Shown here piece by piece: positions 38,634 to 47,745 of a DNA stretch of 62,586 nt. The stretch comes from Patescibacteria group bacterium AH-259-L05 (GTDB lineage: Bacteria > Patescibacteriota > Patescibacteriia > UBA2591 > UBA6264), in the NCBI GenBank assembly GCA_027717985.1, contig JALLOO010000004.1:1-62586 (forward strand), in the 5' to 3' direction. The notes below the pieces were generated by a model that had not been told where the DNA came from, made no database searches, and saw nothing but the letters and a program-made list of their open reading frames with translations. Numbering within the stretch: the stretch's first letter is position 1; each line of letters begins with the position of its first letter. The position numbers and the translations under genes are program-made.

Positions 38634-39218
38634 CTATGAGGACCTGCTTATTATTTTTAAAACGTTTTTTAAAATAAGGGGTGATTCTCGTACAAGAAAA
38701 TGCCCGGCATGGGGGACCACAATAAGTTCCGCACCTAATAATTTACGCAATATTTCTCCACTTTCAAGCGGCACAAGGTGATCATTATCTGAATGAATTA
38801 CAATAATTTTACCCACTCTCTCTTTTATTTTTACATAATTAACCGATTTTTCAACAAAATCATGAAGCCAGGGAAGATGATCAACCGGCGAAGGCAGTTC
38901 TGAAAACCCGGAAACCAAAACAGCCCCGCCTATCTTTTGCCCTGTATCAAGTGATTCTAAAAATCGTAGAATCGTAATCACGCCTAAACTATGGCCAACT
39001 AAATATGTATTGTTATCTACCCTGCCAGCAACTTCTTGTATATACGAAAGCCACTCATTAAAATCAGGTGTAAGCGTGTTTGGCATTTGCGGCACGGTAA
39101 CGATAAAGCCGCGATCTTCTAATTTCTGCTTTAACCATGGAAACCAATTTGAATCAGGTGAGGCACCCCATCCATGAATGATATAGACACGTTTTTGACT
39201 TGATTTTTTATTTACCAT
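38634..39218 (-). CDS. RBBP9/YdeN-family alpha/beta hydrolase
   Basis: IHGW, NWFPWL, GHSLG, SDND, AGHF. Confidence 0.9.
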   Translation of the reverse strand: MVNKKSSQKRVYIIHGWGASPDSNWFPWLKQKLEDRGFIVTVPQMPNTLTPDFNEWLSYIQEVAGRVDNNTYLVGHSLGVITILRFLESLDTGQKIGGAVLVSGFSELPSPVDHLPWLHDFVEKSVNYVKIKERVGKIIVIHSDNDHLVPLESGEILRKLLGAELIVVPHAGHFLVRESPLILKNVLKIISRSS

Positions 39219-39232
39219 ATGCTATTATTAAT

Positions 39233-39354
39233 ATAAGAACCTCTCGTTTCGCTCGAGAACCTTGAAATTTAGCTTACAGCTAAATTGTTAAATAAGAACC
39301 TCTCGCTTCGCTCGAGAACCTTGAAATTTAGCTTACAGCTAAATTGTTAAATAA
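39233..39354. repeat. Tandem duplication of a 59-bp unit containing two hairpins
   Basis: Units start at 39233 and 39292 with one mismatch; TCTCG..CGAGA and AATTTAGC-TTACA-GCTAAATT. Confidence 0.9.
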
Positions 39355-39384
39355 ATCAATGATACTTTAAAAGGAGGAATAGCA

Positions 39385-39804
39385 ATGCGTCCAAAACTAT
39401 ATTTTGGGCACCCCATTAACACCTATAATACTGATTTGGAAAAGAAATTGCTTCAAATAATTAGTAAAAAATTTCATGGATGGGTTATTGAAAACCCAAG
39501 CCAGAAGTGCCATCAACAAGGATGCCAACGATATAGAGAAACAACCGGCAGACCCATGGATTACTTTACTAAAGAAGTAATTCCCAAATGTAGTGGCGGT
39601 GTCTTTCTTGCCTTTCGTGATGGTGCATGGGGCGCAGGAATATTTAAAGAAGCAAAAACACTGACAAAATTTGATTGTCCTATCTGGGAAATCAATATAG
39701 ACGGAATGTTGTCCCAACCGATCCTTGATAAAGTAAACGTACTAACTATTGAACAAACACGTGCGCGTATTCGCAACACTAATGGCACTACAAAACCGTA
39801 CTAA
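39385..39804 (+). CDS. Hypothetical protein, possibly nucleoside 2-deoxyribosyltransferase-like fold
   Basis: SD AAGGAGG; LYFGHP ... NP ... GAGIFKE pattern is only suggestive. Confidence 0.55.
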   Translation: MRPKLYFGHPINTYNTDLEKKLLQIISKKFHGWVIENPSQKCHQQGCQRYRETTGRPMDYFTKEVIPKCSGGVFLAFRDGAWGAGIFKEAKTLTKFDCPIWEINIDGMLSQPILDKVNVLTIEQTRARIRNTNGTTKPY

Positions 39805-39834
39805 ACCTGGCTCGTATGAGACAGGTTTTTTCTT

Positions 39835-40341
39835 TTAAAATCTGATCTCTTCTAGAATTTGAATGTAATTCTTAGTGGTTGATTGGTTCCAGTCAAGCTT
39901 TAATAACTGAGCTAATTCATTGATCCGCTCTTTTACAGCTTCAATCTCAACAAAATAATTATTTTCTAATATATCTAACTCAACTACCGCATCTTTGAGC
40001 TTCCAATGCTCTCGATGTTTCCTATATTCAAGCCATTGAACAAAACCAAGTCCTTTTAAAATCTCTTTCGCGGTCTTAATATCATTGATCACTATTTCAT
40101 ACTCATCTTTTATCTTATATTTTTTATCTCTGCTGTAAGGTGGTCCTTTAAATGTAAGTGTATACTTATCTTGTTTTTTTATTCGTAACATTTGATCTTT
40201 CTTATTTAACATATTATTTGGTGTATCAAAAAAATAACTGTGCTCCATTCCCTTGAACATACATCGAGCACCAAGCTTTCTGAGCTTGGGGCGAACACTT
40301 TTAAAATTATTAACTTTAAATTTTAGCTCAACTTCTTTCAT
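39835..40341 (-). CDS. CYTH family (class IV adenylate cyclase-like) protein
   Basis: EVELKF, YFFD, LTFKGP, VELD, FVEIE. Confidence 0.88.
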   Translation of the reverse strand: MKEVELKFKVNNFKSVRPKLRKLGARCMFKGMEHSYFFDTPNNMLNKKDQMLRIKKQDKYTLTFKGPPYSRDKKYKIKDEYEIVINDIKTAKEILKGLGFVQWLEYRKHREHWKLKDAVVELDILENNYFVEIEAVKERINELAQLLKLDWNQSTTKNYIQILEEIRF

Positions 40342-40410
40342 ATTGACAAAATTTTATAACATGATATAATTAGAGTGTTATTCTTCCCCCTAAAACAAGG
40401 AGGCGTTATC

Positions 40411-40593
40411 ATGGCCCAAACAGAAAGCCGAGAAGATCGAGATGTACACATGCAGAAAATTATGAAACGGCTGCAAAACTATAAGGAACGTCGTAATGGC
40501 GATGCAGTAAATGAACTGCAAAACCATGCTGCCGAAGACATTGATTTTTTACTCAAAGAATTAGTAAAACTTGAGCGAAAACTATTTTTGTAA
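40411..40593 (+). CDS. Small hypothetical protein
   Basis: TTGACA-N16-TATAAT promoter and SD AAGGAGG before ATG 40411. Confidence 0.65.
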   Translation: MAQTESREDRDVHMQKIMKRLQNYKERRNGDAVNELQNHAAEDIDFLLKELVKLERKLFL

Positions 40594-40773
40594 AAAGATT
40601 TAGCGGTCCACGAGTCCCTCGACAACCCCGCCGAGAAATGAAATAACTCGAGGTGCAAACCTGCTCACAACTGAGCGGGTTTTTTTAGTTTCCATGACAT
40701 CTTTAATAAAATTCTAGCCTGCCCCCTCCCATTCAATACTTGTAAGGTTATTTTATATTGATATAATTACAAT

Positions 40774-40953
40774 ATGGAGACAAAAACCGATAAAGAAACA
40801 TACTATAAATGTAGGAAATGCGGCGATGAGATCTATTGGAATACGCGCAAACAAATGACATGGTGTAAATGTAAGACCATAGCTGTTGATGGTTGTGAGT
40901 TTTATGTGCGATTAACTGGAGACGAAAAAAATTTTAAAGAGATACAAAAATAA
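40774..40953 (+). CDS. 59-aa Cys-rich, zinc-ribbon-like protein (CRKCGD...WCKC...VDG), absent from the ORF track
   Basis: Open frame with ATG 6 nt after TGA-TATAAT. Confidence 0.65.
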   Translation: METKTDKETYYKCRKCGDEIYWNTRKQMTWCKCKTIAVDGCEFYVRLTGDEKNFKEIQK

Positions 40954-41113
40954 ATTCTTTAATATAGTTTAACTGCATTTTTATATTATACCATATTAGA
41001 AAAATAATGTTTAAATTTTCCTCAACACCTCAACAAATACACTTGACTTTTAATAATGTTATGATATACTATTAATAACAACTTTTTCATCCTAAAAAAG
41101 GAGGAGAAAACAA

Positions 41114-41320
41114 ATGGAAGCTATTCAAAAAGAGCTGCGCGACTTAGTACGTACTTATCTGTCTAACAATCCAGGAAGTGAACGCCAACTTGCTGATGAA
41201 CTCGGCGCGTCAATTCCAATAATAAAACATTGGGCAAGCGGAAAAAACAGTCCCCCTCCTATCATAGCTCAACCATTAGTTGAAAAACTGAAAGAGATAT
41301 TGCAAAAGCAGGACAACTAG
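41114..41320 (+). CDS. Small XRE-like helix-turn-helix protein
   Basis: SERQLADELGASIPIIKHWASGKNSP; SD AAGGAGG. Confidence 0.75.
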   Translation: MEAIQKELRDLVRTYLSNNPGSERQLADELGASIPIIKHWASGKNSPPPIIAQPLVEKLKEILQKQDN

Positions 41321-41352
41321 TCCTGCTTTCTCTTTTTATATATATCCCCTTC

Positions 41353-41482
41353 TGTCATTCCGCTTCGCGGAATGACAAGGAGCGCGGAATGACAAGGAGC
41401 GCGGAATGACAAGGAGCGCGGAATGACAAGAGCGGGATGACAAGGGAACGCAGGATGATAAAAGGGGCGTGGAATGACAAGA
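41353..41482. repeat. REP-like palindrome with tandem 17-bp right-arm copies
   Basis: TGTCATTCCGC-TTC-GCGGAATGACA, then CGCGGAATGACAAGGAG repeated 3-4 times, then degenerate copies. Confidence 0.9.
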
Positions 41483-41553
41483 GAGGATTGACAGGATTTT
41501 ATACCATAATATACTAATAGTGTTGTTCTTCAAATTTTAAAGCAAAAGGAGGG

Positions 41554-41847
41554 ATGATCATGGGTGAAGTGATTCACGAGGAAAACGGAAATGTGAGATT
41601 TGAATTTCACGAATCAGAAGCACTGCAGTTTAAGGATCTAAAAGTCGGTGACAAATTCATTGCAATGCCGTTACCCGGCGATGACAGCGGGCACGGAGGA
41701 TTTAAGGGAGAATTCCCGATCTTTAAAAAAATTGAAGTCACTCCTAACTATAAATTTTCTGGCACGCTCACAGATAACGCAATTCTATTAAGTGATGGCA
41801 CTGCGAGAATACTTTCCTCTAATATATGGGTTATCCAAATCCGGTAA
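41554..41847 (+). CDS. Hypothetical protein
   Basis: Promoter, boxA-like motif, SD AAGGAGG, downstream terminator GGCCCAGCTG-TTG-CAGCTGGGCC. Confidence 0.7.
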   Translation: MIMGEVIHEENGNVRFEFHESEALQFKDLKVGDKFIAMPLPGDDSGHGGFKGEFPIFKKIEVTPNYKFSGTLTDNAILLSDGTARILSSNIWVIQIR

Positions 41848-41977
41848 CTAATTCTGCTTTCTTCTGGCCCAGCTGTTGCAGCTGGGCCCTTTTGTTTATT
41901 TTTACTAATGTCGTCTCCGGAAGACTTGCCTAGTTATACTAATTGACACAAATAATATTAATGTCATAATAAAAAGT

Positions 41978-42253
41978 ATGGGAAATCCATTTGAAACAAT
42001 TAAGTCACCAGAATCTTCAAAAGAAAAAGCTGAACGGTTTGAAAAAGAAGAAAAGGAATATTTTGCTGAACTTAAAAAATTAGCCAATGAAAAACAGAAT
42101 GAATTGGATCAACTTTTAGCATTGTCTGAAGAGCAGCAAGACCTTGCCAGAATATCAACCCTTACAGAAGAGTTGCGAGAAATAAATGATCAGATTACAA
42201 TGTTTGAAGAGTTTGGAGACGATTTTGAGATTGAATTTGAAGGCAGTGAGTAG
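41978..42253 (+). CDS. Acidic coiled-coil hypothetical protein
   Basis: TTGACA-N16-CATAAT, 7 nt before the ATG. Confidence 0.65.
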   Translation: MGNPFETIKSPESSKEKAERFEKEEKEYFAELKKLANEKQNELDQLLALSEEQQDLARISTLTEELREINDQITMFEEFGDDFEIEFEGSE

Positions 42254-42373
42254 AAATTAAAGACCTCAATAATTGGCTATACAAAAGCAAGCAAAGTTAA
42301 AAATCTATGGAAATTTTGACTTATCTACAATAACGCCTCTTGACAAATTTTTAATATTGTGTATAATATATAA

Positions 42374-42514
42374 TAGGAACGCTTGAGTAGGTTCCCCGGT
42401 TTCTCCCGGTCTTAGAGGACGTCAAGGTAGACAGAGCGGCGCAAGCCCCAGATCTACCGCCGGTACGTCAAGCTGGCCGAAATTTGAGTCCCCAATGCCA
42501 CGGCGTTGGGGCTC
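42374..42514 (+). ncRNA. Candidate structured non-coding RNA of unknown family
   Basis: TTGACA(42340)-N16-TATAAT(42362); GC-rich nested stems ending in a GCAA tetraloop; terminal hairpin 42486-42514; no ORF. Confidence 0.6.
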
Positions 42515-42518
42515 CTTA

Positions 42519-45284
42519 TTATTTCCCATGACATTTTTTATATTTCACTGGTTTGCCGGTTTCAGAATTGACTTTTCCGCACGGACAGGGGTCATTACGA
42601 CCTACTTTTCCACCTTTTTGTGGAAGTCCGATCCCCACTTTTTTGCTTGTCTTGGGTGCACCTGCTAATCGTATTTCTTGATGTCGGTGTTCTGGCACTT
42701 TTTCTACCATCCCCACCTTATATATAGAAAACACGATTTGTTTATCTACGGCATCCATTAATTCTTGAAACTTTTGATATGATTCTTTCTTATACTCAAC
42801 CAAGGGATCGCGCTGGCCATAGGCGCGAAGACCAATGCCACCTTTTAAATTCTCAATTATTTGTAAATGATACAGCCAATATCGATCAATGCTTTGTAAG
42901 GTAATGGACTTTGCAATTGTTGTCATAATTCCTTTTGGCGGTTTCTGCAGCCCTAATTGCTCTCGCGATTCTGCTATTTGTTGTTCTAAACCATCATATG
43001 CGTTAGTTGCAAGACCTGTTAAATACTTTATTAATCGATCTCTACTATATTCATCAGACTTTTTATCGCCCGCTTGTTTATATATATCAGTAAGCGCCTC
43101 ACCCAAATCATCAGATGCGGGAAAAATATTTCTTACCACCTCAACGATTTTATTAATCTCCCACTTACTCTCATCGTCTGTTTGGGTATGAAACCTAACG
43201 ACTTTTGCCAATTCCTGCTCTACTATAGTTAAAACTTCATCTCGTAACTCTTGTTCATTCATATCTAATATTTTTTTTCGTCTACGATAAATTGCTTCTC
43301 GGTGCTTATTTAATACGTCATCATACTCTAACAAATGCTTACGCGTATCAAAATTAAACCCCTCAACTTTTTGCTGAGATTTTTCAATAGAGCTCGATAC
43401 AACTTTGCTTTCAATTGGCATATCTTCTGGCACTTTTAAGGTTTGCATAACACTTGCCAGGCGTGCACCACCAAAAATACGCATCAAGTCATCTTCTAAT
43501 GATATAAAAAACTGGGATGAGCCAGGATCTCCCTGACGGCCGCTTCTTCCGCGCAATTGATTATCAATTCTGCGCGCTTCATGCCGTTCAGTGCCAATAA
43601 TATGCAATCCGCCTAACTCTAATATTTTTTGTTGTTCATTTTTATCTGGTGGATTACCGCCTAAAATAATATCAACCCCGCGGCCTGCCATATTGGTCGC
43701 AACCGTAATGGCACCACGTTTTCCGGCTTGGGCAATAATCTGTCCTTCTCGTTCATGATTGGTTGCATCCAAAACCTCGCATGGTATCCCTTGCCGTTCA
43801 AGTAAATCTTTAATAATTTTATTTTTTTCTATGGCGCCTACGGTTTGCTCGCCAATAGTAAACCCTCCTGTCCCAATCAAAATAGGTTGTCCTTTTTTGT
43901 GCCGCTCTTTTACATCACTTACAATGGCTTTAAACTTTGCCTCTTTAGTGCGGTAAATTCGATCTGACAAACTCTTTCGTATCATTTCCTTGTTAGGAGG
44001 AATCACCACTACATCAAGATCATAGATTTTATTAAATTCTTCTGCCTCAGTTACCGCCGTGCCGGTCATACCGCTCAGTTTTTCATAGTAACGAAAATAA
44101 TTTTGGAACGTAATGGTTGCTAAAGTTTGTGACTCTTTTTTAATATCAACATTTTCCTTTGCCTCAATTGCCTGATGAATTCCTTCAGAATATCGGCGGC
44201 CTTCCATGAGACGCCCGGTAAACTCATCAACAATAATAATCTCATTGTCTTTAATTACATAATCGCGGTCTTTTTGAAAAAGTGTTTGTGCTTTTAATGC
44301 CACATCAATATGGTGAATCAAGGTAAAATTATTATTTTCCCATGGATCTTCACCAAGATATGCAGTCATTTTATTAATACCGCCCTCAGTTAAGATAACG
44401 GCGCGCATTTTTTCATCAACCATATAATCTTCATCTCGTTTTAACCCCTTAATCAATCGCGCTAGTTTATAATACAAATCTGCTGATTCTTCAGCTGGTG
44501 CTGAAATAATCAAGGGAGTCCTGGCCTCATCAATTAAAATGCTGTCAATCTCATCTATAATAGCATAGTGAAGGTCGCGTTGGGCAATATTATTTAGATC
44601 ATGCGCTAAGTTATCGCGCAAATAATCAAATCCGAATTCATTATTGGTCCCATAGGTAATATCTGCAGCATATGCTTGTTTTCGAGAAATGGGCCGAAGA
44701 TAAGAATCTTCAATTCGAAAACTGCCCGTCTCATCCCGCTCCTCATCTACCTCATTTTTAGGCTTGTCTGTTGAAATTTTGACATAGGACGAATCATATA
44801 TATAGGCAGTATCATGAGCAATACAACTTACTGACAACCCAAGTGCATGATAAATCTGACCCATCCATACGGTATCTCGTTTTGCTAAATAATCATTAAC
44901 GGTTATCACATGAACGCCTTTCTGGTCTAGCGCATTTAAATATACGGGCAGTGTTGCTGATAAGGTTTTCCCTTCTCCAGTTTTCATTTCCGCAATTTTG
45001 CCCTGATGTAAGACAATACCACCCATTAATTGCACATCATAGTGCCTTTGGCCTAAGGTTCGCTTTGCAGCTTCACGAACCAGGGCAAACGCATAAGGTA
45101 AGATATCATCTTTTGTTTCATTATTGTGCAGTCTTTTTTCAAATTCTTTGGTTTTTTCAATTAAATCCTTGTCCGATAGTTTTTCAAATTCTTTTTCTGC
45201 TATATTAATAGCCTCAACCACTGGCTGAAGCTTTTGTAACTCTTTTTCATTTGGATCACCAAAAATTTTAGATACAATACCCAT
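42519..45284 (-). CDS. secA: Preprotein translocase subunit SecA
   Basis: MKTGEGKT, DEIDSILIDEARTPL, QLRGRSGRQGDPG, C-terminal GRNDPCPC...CHG. Confidence 0.99.
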   Translation of the reverse strand: MGIVSKIFGDPNEKELQKLQPVVEAINIAEKEFEKLSDKDLIEKTKEFEKRLHNNETKDDILPYAFALVREAAKRTLGQRHYDVQLMGGIVLHQGKIAEMKTGEGKTLSATLPVYLNALDQKGVHVITVNDYLAKRDTVWMGQIYHALGLSVSCIAHDTAYIYDSSYVKISTDKPKNEVDEERDETGSFRIEDSYLRPISRKQAYAADITYGTNNEFGFDYLRDNLAHDLNNIAQRDLHYAIIDEIDSILIDEARTPLIISAPAEESADLYYKLARLIKGLKRDEDYMVDEKMRAVILTEGGINKMTAYLGEDPWENNNFTLIHHIDVALKAQTLFQKDRDYVIKDNEIIIVDEFTGRLMEGRRYSEGIHQAIEAKENVDIKKESQTLATITFQNYFRYYEKLSGMTGTAVTEAEEFNKIYDLDVVVIPPNKEMIRKSLSDRIYRTKEAKFKAIVSDVKERHKKGQPILIGTGGFTIGEQTVGAIEKNKIIKDLLERQGIPCEVLDATNHEREGQIIAQAGKRGAITVATNMAGRGVDIILGGNPPDKNEQQKILELGGLHIIGTERHEARRIDNQLRGRSGRQGDPGSSQFFISLEDDLMRIFGGARLASVMQTLKVPEDMPIESKVVSSSIEKSQQKVEGFNFDTRKHLLEYDDVLNKHREAIYRRRKKILDMNEQELRDEVLTIVEQELAKVVRFHTQTDDESKWEINKIVEVVRNIFPASDDLGEALTDIYKQAGDKKSDEYSRDRLIKYLTGLATNAYDGLEQQIAESREQLGLQKPPKGIMTTIAKSITLQSIDRYWLYHLQIIENLKGGIGLRAYGQRDPLVEYKKESYQKFQELMDAVDKQIVFSIYKVGMVEKVPEHRHQEIRLAGAPKTSKKVGIGLPQKGGKVGRNDPCPCGKVNSETGKPVKYKKCHGK

Positions 45285-45415
45285 ACATATACTGTAGCAA
45301 ATTTAACTATAAAAACAAGATGCGGGATTATTATTGACAAAGAAAATTTTTTCTGATATACTGTAATTACATAATCAAAAAGTCCTTTTCACAATCAAAA
45401 AATAAAGGGGAAATA

Positions 45416-45781
45416 ATGGATTCAGTTGTGTTCTGGGGAATTGAGTTTCGCTCTGTCACGCATATGGAATGGTTTCAAACAAGTATAGAATTTTTTGTTA
45501 CCACTATACTATTGTTTATGCTGATGGGGATCCTTGTCAAAATAGGTCAAGCAGAGCCTGAATTACTATTTATACCTGTAGTCTTTTGGGTCGTACTGAT
45601 TTTCTTTCACGGACTGGCATCGTTTGCTGCGTATATTATCACAAAAGGAGGAGCTATTAACGGCCCTGCGTGGTCTGTTGACTGCATCTGGTTCAACGCT
45701 CTCGTGGCTGGTGTCTACATAGTGTTTTGCTTGATAACGGCGAGATATTGGAAAAAACTCAAAGTAAAAACGGGGCCATAG
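45416..45781 (+). CDS. Hypothetical three-TM membrane protein
   Basis: Own TTGACA-N17-TATACT promoter, SD AAGGGG, hydrophobic helices. Confidence 0.65.
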   Translation: MDSVVFWGIEFRSVTHMEWFQTSIEFFVTTILLFMLMGILVKIGQAEPELLFIPVVFWVVLIFFHGLASFAAYIITKGGAINGPAWSVDCIWFNALVAGVYIVFCLITARYWKKLKVKTGP

Positions 45782-45813
45782 GTTTATGTCCCGTTTTTTT
45801 GTTTTAATATAAT

Positions 45814-46149
45814 TTATTTGCCTGTTGCCTTTTTGCTTTTGCGCTTGCGTTTTTGCCAGGTACCGCGGTATTTTTCAATTTGTCGTCGCAATTTTTTATC
45901 AACTATATCAAGAGCGGTTTGTAAATCTGGACCACGTGCAACTCCTCGAAGTATTTTATCAGGCAGGCGCAGATTAATTTCTAATCGAAACACCTGATTT
46001 TTATTATGTGTTGGGCTATAACTAAGATCAACGCGTGCCTCCCAAATGGTATCTACAAACTTATTCAACTTTAGGATTTTCTCTTCGACAAAATCCTTTA
46101 ACTCTCCAGTTAATGTTATATTTTGTGTAAAATACTTTATCTCTAACAT
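45814..46149 (-). CDS. hpf: Ribosome hibernation factor (short HPF/RaiA)
   Basis: NITLT, EEKILKL, DLQTALD-x-VDKKLRRQIEKY; downstream of gpmI and upstream of secA. Confidence 0.85.
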   Translation of the reverse strand: MLEIKYFTQNITLTGELKDFVEEKILKLNKFVDTIWEARVDLSYSPTHNKNQVFRLEINLRLPDKILRGVARGPDLQTALDIVDKKLRRQIEKYRGTWQKRKRKSKKATGK

Positions 46150-46161
46150 AAATCTAAAATC

Positions 46162-47745
46162 TTAAATCAGAGAGGTGCCAGTCATCTCTTTAGGACTAGG
46201 AATGCCCATAATTTTTAAAATGGTTGGCGCGACATCAGCTAACACGCCGCTTGGCGTCTGAAGACTTAAATCAGGTAAATGTTCAGGCGGATTTTTATTT
46301 TCCAAAGACGGGTCGACAATAATAAAGGGTACGGGAGAAAGGTTATGCCCTTTGTCAATCTCCCCGGTTTTTAAACTTACTAATACTTCTGCATTGCCAT
46401 GATCAGCAGTAATACATATAGCAAAATCCTTTTGAATCGCCATCTTTATAATTTGCCCTATAAGTGTATCAGTTGTTTCAAGCGCTGAAATAGTTGCAGA
46501 TAAATTCCCCGTATGGGCAACCATATCAAGGTTGGCAAAATTCACCACAATAAATGAATATATATCACGATCTAATGCATATAAAATCCGGTGTGTCACC
46601 TCTTGCGCTGACATCTCCGGCTTTTGATCATATGAAGCAATTTTTGGTGACGGAATCAATATTCTGTCTTCATCTTTATATGGCTCTTCTCTGCTGCCGT
46701 TTAAAAAAAACGTTACATGGGCATACTTTTCTGTTTCTGCAATATGAAGTTGTTGTAATCCGTTGTCAGAAATAATCTTGGCCAATGGATTTTTGATACT
46801 TACTGGCGGAAACGCAATGGCAACCGGCAGACCTTTTTCATACTCGGTCATCGTAACAAAAAATAAATTTTTTAATTTTTTTCGCTTAAATTCTTTAAAA
46901 TCATCACGAACAAATGCTTTGGTAAGCTCTCTGGTCCTATCTGTTCTAAAATTAAAATAAATTACTGCATCATTGTCCTTAACCACACTCACGGGCTTAC
47001 TGTTTGATTCCATTATCACGCTTGGCTTAAACTCTTCATCATACACTTCATTTTTATATGACTCCTCAACTACACGTAACGGATCAGTGCCTTCTTTTTC
47101 TGCCAGCCCCTTGGTCATAGCAATGTAGGAGGTTTCAATTCTGTCCCACCGGTTGTCTCTATCCATAGACCAAAACCTGCCGCTTATGGTTGCGATTTTC
47201 CCTATCCCTATTGTTTTTGCTTTTTCCTCAATGTCTGCAATAAAATGTTTACCCGCGTCATGCGGCGTATCTCTACCGTCTAAAATCGCGTGGATATAAA
47301 CAGTTGAAACATTGTGCTGTGCAATAAGTTCCAATATCGCATACATATGCTCAATTGACGCGTGTACATTGCCATCAGAAGTAAGCCCTACTAAATGAAG
47401 ATCTGAATTATTTTTTTTAACATGTTCAATTGCATCTAAAAATGCAAGATTATTAAAAAAACTGCCATCAGTGATTGCGCGATTAATCAACGGTAAACTT
47501 TGCCAAATAATTTTACCTGCCCCCATATTTAAGTGCCCTACTTCAGAATTTCCTGGCTCACCCCAGCTCAACCCCACTGCCTCACCCGAAGCTTGCAGGG
47601 TAAACGTAGGATATTTTTTAATCAACGTTTGAAAAACAGGAAGGTTTGCCTGAGTAATCGCATTTGACGGGCCTGCTGGTGCAATACCAAAACCATCTAA
47701 AATTATTAACATAGCTGGTCTGATTTTATTTGTTTCGCTATTCAT
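46162..47745 (-). CDS. gpmI: 2,3-bisphosphoglycerate-independent phosphoglycerate mutase, copy 1
   Basis: ILDGFG, GNSEVGH, DGRD, ETEKYAHVTFF, DMVAH, ADHGNAE. Confidence 0.96.
   Translation of the reverse strand: MNSETNKIRPAMLIILDGFGIAPAGPSNAITQANLPVFQTLIKKYPTFTLQASGEAVGLSWGEPGNSEVGHLNMGAGKIIWQSLPLINRAITDGSFFNNLAFLDAIEHVKKNNSDLHLVGLTSDGNVHASIEHMYAILELIAQHNVSTVYIHAILDGRDTPHDAGKHFIADIEEKAKTIGIGKIATISGRFWSMDRDNRWDRIETSYIAMTKGLAEKEGTDPLRVVEESYKNEVYDEEFKPSVIMESNSKPVSVVKDNDAVIYFNFRTDRTRELTKAFVRDDFKEFKRKKLKNLFFVTMTEYEKGLPVAIAFPPVSIKNPLAKIISDNGLQQLHIAETEKYAHVTFFLNGSREEPYKDEDRILIPSPKIASYDQKPEMSAQEVTHRILYALDRDIYSFIVVNFANLDMVAHTGNLSATISALETTDTLIGQIIKMAIQKDFAICITADHGNAEVLVSLKTGEIDKGHNLSPVPFIIVDPSLENKNPPEHLPDLSLQTPSGVLADVAPTILKIMGIPSPKEMTGTSLI

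Noticed and set aside
40586-40662. Twister- or HDV-like ribozyme in the GC-rich 3' UTR of the 40411 gene
   Set aside because: Fragments resemble twister (TAA, CGGTCC, GAGG) but P2 and the pseudoknots cannot be built; needs a cmscan hit
41366-41482. CRISPR array
   Set aside because: 17-bp units are head-to-tail with no unique spacers and no cas genes; the same applies to the 59-bp tandem at 39233
41336-41533. ORFs across the GGAATGAC repeats (also 50502-50801)
   Set aside because: Repetitive translations of the REP-like elements
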